A stretch of DNA of 64,000 nt from an uncultured Verrucomicrobiota bacterium. GTDB taxonomy: Bacteria > Verrucomicrobiota > Verrucomicrobiia > Limisphaerales > J093. The translations under genes and the position numbers were made by a program. The DNA lies in contig CAZHUS010000025.1 of NCBI GenBank assembly GCA_964535555.1, forward strand, positions 18,963-82,962, written 5' to 3'. The notes beneath the pieces were generated by a model. The model was not told the DNA's origin, made no database searches, and saw only the letters and a list, made by a program, of their open reading frames with translations. This document shows positions 1 to 6,883 of this stretch, piece by piece. Position 1 is the first letter of the stretch; each line of letters begins with the position of its first letter.

Positions 1-101
1 CTGTTCAGGCGCTCGAACTGCTGCAACAGGTCATCCAGCCGCGTGTGATCGTGGCCGCAGTGTTCCGTGAGCTTGGGGGGCGCTTCGGTGCTCGGGTTCA
101 T
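1..101 (-). CDS. Hemerythrin-like (HHE) domain protein, 5' fragment; gene continues beyond the window start
   Basis: Reverse-strand ATG at 99-101 gives MNPSTEAPPKLTEHCGHDHTRLDDLLQQFERLN..., running off the window, so it is absent from the ORF track. The His-rich helix followed by a leucine-rich pattern resembles the first helix of hemerythrin/HHE cation-binding domains. Only 33 codons are visible. Confidence 0.35.
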   Translation of the reverse strand, partial: MNPSTEAPPKLTEHCGHDHTRLDDLLQQFERLN

Positions 102-138
102 CGCCCGCGATTCTAAGCCAGTCCTCCGACCACATCCT

Positions 139-152
139 TTGACTTGGGTCAG
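139..152. promoter_or_regulatory. Candidate CRP/FNR-family (Dnr/NnrR-type) binding box TTGAC-N4-GTCAG
   Basis: TTGACTTGGGTCAG read directly at 139-152. It is a 9/10 match to the palindrome TTGAC-N4-GTCAA and lies in the divergent intergenic region between the hemerythrin-like gene and the 385..1545 membrane protein gene. Confidence 0.3.
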
Positions 153-212
153 AGCTCATCCAATATATTAGGCATGGACCCGGCGCATCCTGGACGACCG
201 CGGCTGAGGCAC

Positions 213-380
213 ATGCCGACCGTGAGCGTCGTGTGTGGCTGTCTGCGAACCCAACGGGGGGCGGGCGGGGGATTCACCCTGGATGAAGCGGCGGCGGCCT
301 TCTTTGCCGTGCTGGACGATCATTCGCTGGCAGACCGGATGCAACGACCCGCCAGGATACGGACCGCGCTAGGAATCTGA
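213..380 (+). CDS. Small hypothetical protein (55 aa from ATG 213; the track ORF starts at TTG 144)
   Basis: In-frame ATG at 213 gives MPTVSVVCGCLRTQRGAGGGFTLDEAAAAF... The ORF ends 4 nt before the next gene start. A weak V-C-x-C pattern recalls BFD-like domains but the second Cys pair is missing. It could be non-coding leader. Confidence 0.2.
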   Translation: MPTVSVVCGCLRTQRGAGGGFTLDEAAAAFFAVLDDHSLADRMQRPARIRTALGI

Positions 381-384
381 CCCG

Positions 385-1545
385 ATGTCGAGCCCCCAAG
401 CCTCCGCCCTCGCCCCGTTGCAGCTCCGGCATCGTCTCGGGCGCGCCGCGCTGCTCGTGCTGGGCATGAGTTGTCTGGTCACCGGGATCTGGGGCGGGTT
501 GCTGCGGGTGCCGATGACGCTGCCACTACCGGTCGAGCACGCCAACTGGATCAGCTTTCACGGGCCGCTGATGGTGTGCGGGTTCCTTGGCACGTTGATT
601 AGCCTCGAACGGGCGGTGGGCCTCGGCGCGTTGTGGACCTACCTGGTCCCGCTGTTGACGGGCGTCAGCGCCGCAGCCATCGCGTCGGGCGTACTCGATC
701 CTTGGCCGCGCTGGACCCTCGTAGCCGGCAGCGCCCTGTATCTGGCGGTCTCGACGCGCATCCTGTTCCTTCAACGCGCGCTGTCGAATGTCGTCATGGG
801 ATTCGGCGCGTTGGCCTGGGTCGGCGGGAATCTGCTGTGGACGCGGGGCCGGGAGATCCCCGACGTGGTGCTCTGGTGGCTGGCGTTCCTCCTGCTGACC
901 ATCGTGGGCGAACGAATCGAACTGACGCGCTTTCAGAAGCCCTCGCCGTGGGCGCGTCCGTGGCTGCTGACAGCGTTGGGCGTGCTCGGCGCGGCCCTAG
1001 CGATTGGCGCGGCCGCGCCGCGCGCGGGTGGCGTGATTGCGGGTCTGGCGATGCTGGCGCTCGCCGCCTGGCAGCTGCGCTTCGATCTGGCGCGGCGCAC
1101 CATCCGGCATCCGGGTCTGCCCCGCTTCATGGCGATCTGTCTGTTGAGCGGTTACGCGTGGCTGCTGGCGACGGCGTTGCTGATCGGAGGAACCTGGCCG
1201 CAGCGCAGCGGTCTGCTTCACGACGCCGCGATGCACGGGTTCTTCGTCGGGTTCGTCTTTTCGATGATCTTCGGCCACGCACCCGTGATTTTCCCGGCGG
1301 TGCTCGGGCTGCCGGTCCATTACCGGTGGACTTCCTATGTGCCGCTCGCCGTGCTGCACGCGTCGCTCCTGTTGCGGATCACGGGTGACCTGGCGAGCTG
1401 GGCAGGGGGCCGCACGTGGGGCGCGGCAGGAAACGCCGTGGCCGTTGGGCTTTTCCTGCTCAGCACGGTGTCTTCCATCCTCTTGGGCAGCCCACAACCA
1501 GCGCCGACGTCTGCGCGTCCCCGGACGACATCGAGTGTGTCTTAA
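385..1545 (+). CDS. Polytopic inner-membrane protein of unknown function with paired His motifs
   Basis: ATG at 385, 386 aa, about 10-12 hydrophobic helices, GC3-rich codons. There are two His pairs inside helices (VEHANWISFHGPLM and AAMHGFFVGFVFSMIFGHAP). I do not recognise the family with certainty; NnrS-like is only a guess. Confidence 0.7.
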   Translation: MSSPQASALAPLQLRHRLGRAALLVLGMSCLVTGIWGGLLRVPMTLPLPVEHANWISFHGPLMVCGFLGTLISLERAVGLGALWTYLVPLLTGVSAAAIASGVLDPWPRWTLVAGSALYLAVSTRILFLQRALSNVVMGFGALAWVGGNLLWTRGREIPDVVLWWLAFLLLTIVGERIELTRFQKPSPWARPWLLTALGVLGAALAIGAAAPRAGGVIAGLAMLALAAWQLRFDLARRTIRHPGLPRFMAICLLSGYAWLLATALLIGGTWPQRSGLLHDAAMHGFFVGFVFSMIFGHAPVIFPAVLGLPVHYRWTSYVPLAVLHASLLLRITGDLASWAGGRTWGAAGNAVAVGLFLLSTVSSILLGSPQPAPTSARPRTTSSVS

Positions 1546-1642
1546 GCGAAGGTCAGGGCGGAGCACCTCCGGTCTGCACTTCGCGACGGACACGCCTGAC
1601 GGCGGCGTCGTTAACATCGCCGGCGAGTTCACGCACCGGTGC

Positions 1643-1735
1643 GTTCCGGAACCGGCGACCTTCGCCCTGATCAGCGCCTTGGGCATGCTCGGATTCGCTG
1701 CGTGGCGACGGGCCAGACGCCCGGACCCTGCGTAA
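1643..1735 (+). pseudogene. Orphan PEP-CTERM sorting-signal remnant
   Basis: Translation VPEPATFALISALGMLGFAAWRRARRPDPA* is a textbook PEP motif, then a hydrophobic helix, then an Arg cluster. There is no ATG/GTG/TTG start between the upstream gene stop (1545) and the motif, and no mature domain precedes it. Confidence 0.45.
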
Positions 1736-1959
1736 CGCTGGGCTTCCGTCTGGTGCGGCGGCTGCCCACCCTGGGTTTCCTTCAAAACTGCTGTGTCGGG
1801 CACCGTCGCCCGCGGCGAAATCTAGCCCATGGTAAGTGCTGCATCTACCCGGCCCACCTTCGGCTGGTTGTGGCACTCCGAGTTCCGATGGCGGACTCGC
1901 CGTGGCGGGGATTTGCCGATTCCGAGGTCTTGGACTTGATCGCCTTCCCGATCTTGTTC

Positions 1960-2330
1960 GCCAGCCATCCGCCACATCAACCGAAGGTGGAGCATTGTGA
2001 GCAGTATCCGCCGGAGCCTTGAACAACCGTGATAGCAATCCCAGTTCGTAGTGCGAAAGACCAGCATCGACATCGGCTGGGCCAACTGCCGGGCCTATCC
2101 CCGCGACGTGAACGGGGAGCGGTTTGGCTTGATGGGGGTTCCGGAACCCCGTGAGTACGCCATCGTCGTCGTCCTGGGTCTGCTGGGCTTGGCCGTTTGC
2201 CATCGCTGCGGTAGGGCGACAGCTTGATTCTGGATTCGGCGGACACCAACGCCCGGCGCAGGCCAACCAGCGTCGCAAGTCTTCGGCCCGTCAGCTCCCG
2301 GGTGTGCCCGGTCCCAAGAACTGGCGCCAC
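1960..2330 (-). mobile_element. Possible degenerate IS5/IS4-superfamily DDE transposase C-terminal remnants (frameshifted)
   Basis: One minus-strand frame reads SWDRAHPGADGPKTCDAGWPAPGVGVRRIQNQAVALPQRW, whose spacing resembles W-A-D-x-G-Y ... G-W ... V-K-R ... L-P-R-R-W of IS5-type transposases. Another frame reads VFRTTNWDCYHGCSRLRRILLTMLHLRLMWRMA, resembling V-E-R-T-x-A-W-L..RRL...M.HL.L. There is no intact ORF. By-eye similarity only. Confidence 0.2.
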
Positions 2331-2561
2331 GCATGCGATGCTGGTCACCCAATCACTGTCCAGCGCTGCCCATGGAACACAGGCAAAAGGTTGCGCGCTA
2401 AGTCGTCACCCCCGTTTGTCACCCCCGGTGCCAGGATTTTGGACCAAGTCAGCCCTCTTGGGGAACTTCGCATCCGACCGACAACACTAACGAGCCGAAG
2501 GACGTGCGCACTAGGCGGTGCTTGAGGGAAGCACAGGGCAAATGGGGAAAAAGTGGGCGGA

Positions 2562-2604
2562 ACTGCTTGCGAACGAGACGCTCTACCAACTGAGCTACGA
2601 CCCC
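2562..2604 (-). pseudogene. tRNA-Ala(CGC)-like 5' half (acceptor 5' strand, D arm, anticodon stem 5' strand and loop) without a 3' half
   Basis: The reverse complement from 2604 reads GGGGTCG TA GCTC AGTTGGTA GAGC G TCTCG TTCGCAA. This keeps canonical tRNA numbering up to position 38, with anticodon CGC. The following GCAGT cannot pair with TCTCG, and no T arm (GGTTCGA-like) or CGACCCC 3' acceptor strand occurs downstream. Confidence 0.5.
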
Positions 2605-2735
2605 GACCCACACTGGTTGTCCGGCCGGAGCTCCCAGCCAACCGCCGAACGGCGACAACTATGGGCCTCGCGTTCGGACGAGCAAGCGGAAAACCAGCCA
2701 TGGCCGCCCGTTTTGGACGCAAGGCGGGAATCCGC

Positions 2736-4493
2736 TTAGTCCGTGATGTCCATGCGTTCGAACCGGTCCCCGAGCCACTTCAGTCCCAAAGCACTCTCGA
2801 AGGTGAGGCCGACGGCCGTCACGGCGGCGGCCACGGGCAAGGCGACGGTCCACGGCGTCAGGAAGCGCAACGCAAGGAAGGCGACGGTGCCGAACACGGC
2901 CGGCACGAGGAGGGCGACAACCAGTCCCACCATATGCATGATCATCAGCAGCATGCGCTGTCCCATGGCCTCGAAGCCCTGCGCTCCGGTGGGGCCGAGC
3001 CGGACCCAGGCCGGAAAGAGCAGGGCGCTGGCGTTGTGCAGGAGGAGCATGGTCAGGGTGAGGGCCGGTGCGAGCAGGACGGCAGCCAGCGCCACCGCCA
3101 CGCGCCCCGAACCGCCAAGGCTCCGGTTGGAGCCCCACTCCGGGAAGGCAACGGCCGCCGCGGCGATCATCAGCCATTGCAGGATGGTGAGCGCGAGCAT
3201 CGGCGCCAGGACTTCACCCAACACCAGTTGCCACCCGGGCAACGGCAGCGTTTTCAGAATGTCCGCCTGGGGCAGATCCTGCCTGAGATCGAAACGGGCG
3301 AGCTCGGGTCCCATGAAGAAGACCATGGGCGCGAGGCCGGCGATCATGGCCCCGAAGACCTTCAAGAACGGCGCATCGTGCGCGGTGAGCTTCAGGACGA
3401 TCAGGCCGCTCAGGGCCACGACTCCGATCGCCAACAGCAGGGGAGAGGCGAGCAAGGAATGGGCGGCGATCAGGTTCTTCCACGTCAAACCCAGGAGTCG
3501 CGGGCCCTGCGGAGGTAACGGGAACGGGGCGCGGGCCTCGGTGTGATGGGCTTGCGCCAGGTGCCAGTTGCCGGTCCGGGCCACCTCGATCAGCCGGGCC
3601 CGGCGTTCGGCACGCTCCACGGAGGCATCCTCGAACCCCACGGCGGTGCGGAGCGCCCAGAAGTACAGCAGGGCCAGGATTCCCACGGCGGGCAGCAGGA
3701 CGGGAACGATTCCCATGCCGCCGCCGCTCCCAGACACCATCGGGCGTACCAGAAGGGTAAACGGAACCAGGATGGCTCCGAGCACGCCTTCACCGAAGAC
3801 CGAGCGGATTATCGTCCCGAGCCGTTCCGGACCCGGGGAGGCGCCCTCCGCCAATTCCGGCAGCCAGGGCTGCAGACGTTGCCAGGCGAGCAGACCGATC
3901 GCGGCCAGGACCAGCAGAACCACGCCCCGGCGCCCCCAGTGGGGCACGCCCAAGTCGTGCAGGCGCGTGCGCGTAAAGCCCGCGGCCTGGCGATGCAGTT
4001 CGAGCGCACTCATCAGGATCCACCAGCCGGGAAGCGACGCGGCGTGCAACCGGCCTCCGGAAAATCCCGACATAATGACCGCGAGCACGAAGGCGCTGAA
4101 CAGGAGGCCTGCCTGAGTGCGCAGCAGCCGGAAGTGGACGAGCGTCCGCCGCCGGACCGGCGCGGGGAAAAACCAGGCGATCTCCGCCTCACTGAAGTCG
4201 AGACCCGCACGCTTCGACGGGAAGAACCACGTGAACGCGGCAAGAAGCAGGACGCCGCCGGCCACGAGCGGTTCGAACGCGGGACTGAAGGGGATGACCA
4301 CGTCGGCGCCTTGGGTCGCGCCACTGCGGGGAGCGGCCCGGTGCGGATCAAAGGGCCGTATCACGACAAAGACGATCCAGCCGACCCCGGCGAGCAGGCC
4401 CAGCAGGTACTGCGGCTTGCGGAACCTTCGCAGCTGGCTCAGCAGCAGGTTCCGCCAGGTGCAGAGCTGCAGGTAGAGCAGGGCGGCGACCAT
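2736..4493 (-). CDS. ABC exporter membrane component (large multi-TM permease, putative ABC-exporter family)
   Basis: 585 aa with hydrophobic helices along the whole length. Its start codon lies 6 nt downstream of the stop of the ABC ATPase gene on the same strand, so they are likely operon partners. Confidence 0.7.
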   Translation of the reverse strand: MVAALLYLQLCTWRNLLLSQLRRFRKPQYLLGLLAGVGWIVFVVIRPFDPHRAAPRSGATQGADVVIPFSPAFEPLVAGGVLLLAAFTWFFPSKRAGLDFSEAEIAWFFPAPVRRRTLVHFRLLRTQAGLLFSAFVLAVIMSGFSGGRLHAASLPGWWILMSALELHRQAAGFTRTRLHDLGVPHWGRRGVVLLVLAAIGLLAWQRLQPWLPELAEGASPGPERLGTIIRSVFGEGVLGAILVPFTLLVRPMVSGSGGGMGIVPVLLPAVGILALLYFWALRTAVGFEDASVERAERRARLIEVARTGNWHLAQAHHTEARAPFPLPPQGPRLLGLTWKNLIAAHSLLASPLLLAIGVVALSGLIVLKLTAHDAPFLKVFGAMIAGLAPMVFFMGPELARFDLRQDLPQADILKTLPLPGWQLVLGEVLAPMLALTILQWLMIAAAAVAFPEWGSNRSLGGSGRVAVALAAVLLAPALTLTMLLLHNASALLFPAWVRLGPTGAQGFEAMGQRMLLMIMHMVGLVVALLVPAVFGTVAFLALRFLTPWTVALPVAAAVTAVGLTFESALGLKWLGDRFERMDITD

Positions 4494-4499
4494 GGGCTG

Positions 4500-5267
4500 T
4501 TAACGTGCTGCGGGCGTGGTCCCGGCCGGGGCGGCTGCCTCCGCGCTTTCGGCCGTGGCCCGAAAGAACACTTCCTCGAGGTTCGCGTCGGCTCCGGCGT
4601 CCGCGAAGCGCTGGCGCACCTCGGCGAGAGTGCCGTGAGCCACCATGCGACCCTGCTTGAGAATGAGAAGGTGTGTGCAGATCTCCTGGACGAGCAGCAG
4701 CAGGTGCGAGCTGATGACCATGGCCGCGCCCTCGCGGGCCAAACGCAGGATGGTGTCCTTCATCCGCCGGATCCCGTGAGGATCGAGTCCCGTCAAAGGC
4801 TCGTCGAACAGGATCACTTGGGGGGAGTGCAGCAGGCCACAGGCAATCGCCAGCTTTTGCTTCATGCCCCTGGAAAGCTCACCGGGGAGTTTCTCCGCCT
4901 TCTCCACCAGGTCAAACTCGGCGAGCAAGGTGCGCGCCTTGGCGGCAGCATCGCGCACGTGGTAAAGGCGGGCCGTGAAGGTGAGGTGCTGGCGCACGCT
5001 CAAGTAGTCGAAGAGACGCGGTTCGTCCGGAAAATAGGCCAGTTGTTGTTTCGCTTCGAGGGGGGCGACCGCCAGGTCATGGCCGGCGAGGCGCAGGGTA
5101 CCTTGACTCGCGGGCAGGATGCCGGAGAGGCAGCGAAGGGTGGTCGTCTTGCCCGCGCCATTGGGTCCGACCAGCCCCATCACTTCCCCGGGCCGCACGG
5201 TGAAGGAGAGCCCGTCAACCGCGACCAGACGCCCGTATGACTTGGTGAGTCCCTGAACTTCGATCAT
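4500..5267 (-). CDS. ABC transporter ATP-binding protein (ABC-2/DrrA-like)
   Basis: Walker A GPNGAGKTT, signature LSRGMKQKL, Walker B ILFDEPLTGLD, H-loop SSHLL. Confidence 0.92.
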   Translation of the reverse strand: MIEVQGLTKSYGRLVAVDGLSFTVRPGEVMGLVGPNGAGKTTTLRCLSGILPASQGTLRLAGHDLAVAPLEAKQQLAYFPDEPRLFDYLSVRQHLTFTARLYHVRDAAAKARTLLAEFDLVEKAEKLPGELSRGMKQKLAIACGLLHSPQVILFDEPLTGLDPHGIRRMKDTILRLAREGAAMVISSHLLLLVQEICTHLLILKQGRMVAHGTLAEVRQRFADAGADANLEEVFFRATAESAEAAAPAGTTPAAR

Positions 5268-5465
5268 GCGGTGCCATCGCTATTGGGCGATGGCGTGCGC
5301 CAGCGTAAGGCTTGGGCCGGCCCGAGTAAAGCAGGGCGAGAGGAGCGCCCGATTCTCCCGACTCGCCGCGCGAAATCCGACCGCCGGACAGACACGCCCA
5401 TCTTCCGCGTGCCGCGGTGACTGGTTTTCACTTCACGGCCAGCGGTCGGTGATTACACTACGGCC

Positions 5466-6842
5466 ATGTCAAAGCTCTCTTCTCCCACTTCGCCTTCCCT
5501 TGTCTTTGGCTCGCCCCAGCCCGGCTCCCGACCGACCGGCGGTGGCGGACTGAGCCGCCGAGCCTTCCTGCATCGTGCGGCGGTGGCCGGGGCGGCCGCG
5601 GCGGCGCCCCTGATCATCCCCGCCTCGGTTCTGGGCCGGAACGGTGCCGTGCCGCCGAGCGAGAAGATCGTGCTGGGTGGGATCGGGATCGGCGGACGCG
5701 GCTCCGGGGTATTGAACTGGATGATGGGCGAGCCGGATGTGGTGTTCGTGGCCACGTGCGATCCGAACCGGCAACGCCGCGAGGCCACCAAGAAGATGGT
5801 GGACAGCAAGTACGGGAACACCGACTGCCGGATGTACTCGAACACGCAGGAGTTTCTTGCGGCGCGCCCGGACATTGATGCCGTGCTCAGCACGACCGGC
5901 GACCGGTTGCACGCGTACATGGCGGTGCTGGCCATGCGCGCCGGCAAGGACATTTATTCCGAGAAACCCTCCTCCATGACCATCGCCGAGGGGCAGGCCG
6001 TCGTGGAAACGGCGCGCCGGTACGGACGCGTCTACCAGACGGGAACGCAGCGGCTGAGCGAAGCGAATTTCGTGTTCTGCTACGAAGCGGCCAAGAACGG
6101 GCTCATCGGCAAAGTCCACACCGCCCACGCCCACATCGCGCCCTGGGACGCCGCGGCCATGCGCCATGACTGGCTGCCTGCCGAGCCCGAGCCGCCCAAG
6201 TCCGAGATGGACTGGGACCAGTGGCTCGGACCGTGTCCGTGGCGCCCGTACAACTCCGCCTACGTCCGGGGCGGCTGGCGCGGGTTCTACGATTTCCACA
6301 CGAGCTGCATCGGCGAATGGGGCGCCCATACGTTTGCGCAGGCGCAATGCGGCCTGGACCTCCTGGACACCTCGCCGGTGGAATACAAGTACGTCGACAA
6401 CCCGACGGGCGAAGGCATGGAGACCGTCTTCGCCAACGGGGCCAAGATGATCCTGCATCGCGAGGGCTGGTTCCACGGCTCCTGCGCCATGCGCTTCGTG
6501 GGCACCGAGGGCTGGGTCGAGGCGGGCGACGGTTACTCGCGTCCCGACGTCTCCGACCCCAAGCTCCTTGCCAGCTTCGACAAGGTGGTCAAGGACTACA
6601 TCGCCCGGACCGGCCGGCCCATGAGCCACGTCCGCGACTTCTTCAACTGCGTCAAGTCGCGGCGCCAGACCGTGGCGAATCCGACGGTCATGCACCGTTC
6701 CATGTCGACCGTTCACGCCGCGAACATCTGCATGTGGCTGAAGCGCGATCTGAAGTTCGATCCCGTGAAGGAGGAGTTCGTCAACGATGCCGAAGCCAAC
6801 CGGCTCCGCTCCCGCGCCATGCGTGAACCCTGGATCTTCTGA
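5466..6842 (+). CDS. Gfo/Idh/MocA-family oxidoreductase with twin-arginine export signal
   Basis: N-terminal SRRAFLHRAAVAGAAAAAPLI (Tat motif), Rossmann-like LGGIGIGGRG, and the typical EKP motif (IYSEKP) of the family. Confidence 0.85.
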   Translation: MSKLSSPTSPSLVFGSPQPGSRPTGGGGLSRRAFLHRAAVAGAAAAAPLIIPASVLGRNGAVPPSEKIVLGGIGIGGRGSGVLNWMMGEPDVVFVATCDPNRQRREATKKMVDSKYGNTDCRMYSNTQEFLAARPDIDAVLSTTGDRLHAYMAVLAMRAGKDIYSEKPSSMTIAEGQAVVETARRYGRVYQTGTQRLSEANFVFCYEAAKNGLIGKVHTAHAHIAPWDAAAMRHDWLPAEPEPPKSEMDWDQWLGPCPWRPYNSAYVRGGWRGFYDFHTSCIGEWGAHTFAQAQCGLDLLDTSPVEYKYVDNPTGEGMETVFANGAKMILHREGWFHGSCAMRFVGTEGWVEAGDGYSRPDVSDPKLLASFDKVVKDYIARTGRPMSHVRDFFNCVKSRRQTVANPTVMHRSMSTVHAANICMWLKRDLKFDPVKEEFVNDAEANRLRSRAMREPWIF

Positions 6843-6883
6843 GCACGCCCGATCGAGAAACTGAACCATCTCCCCTTGTTCCC

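Noticed and set aside
2214-2243. tmRNA-like 5' motif GGGCGACAGCTTGATTCTGGATTCGGCGGA (resembles GGGGCUGAUUCUGGAUUCGAC)
   Set aside because: No tRNA-like 3' end (T arm plus a complementary acceptor strand ending CCA) lies 300-400 nt downstream on the same strand. No plausible tag reading frame ending in a hydrophobic ...AA stop is present. The similarity is limited to about 18 nt.
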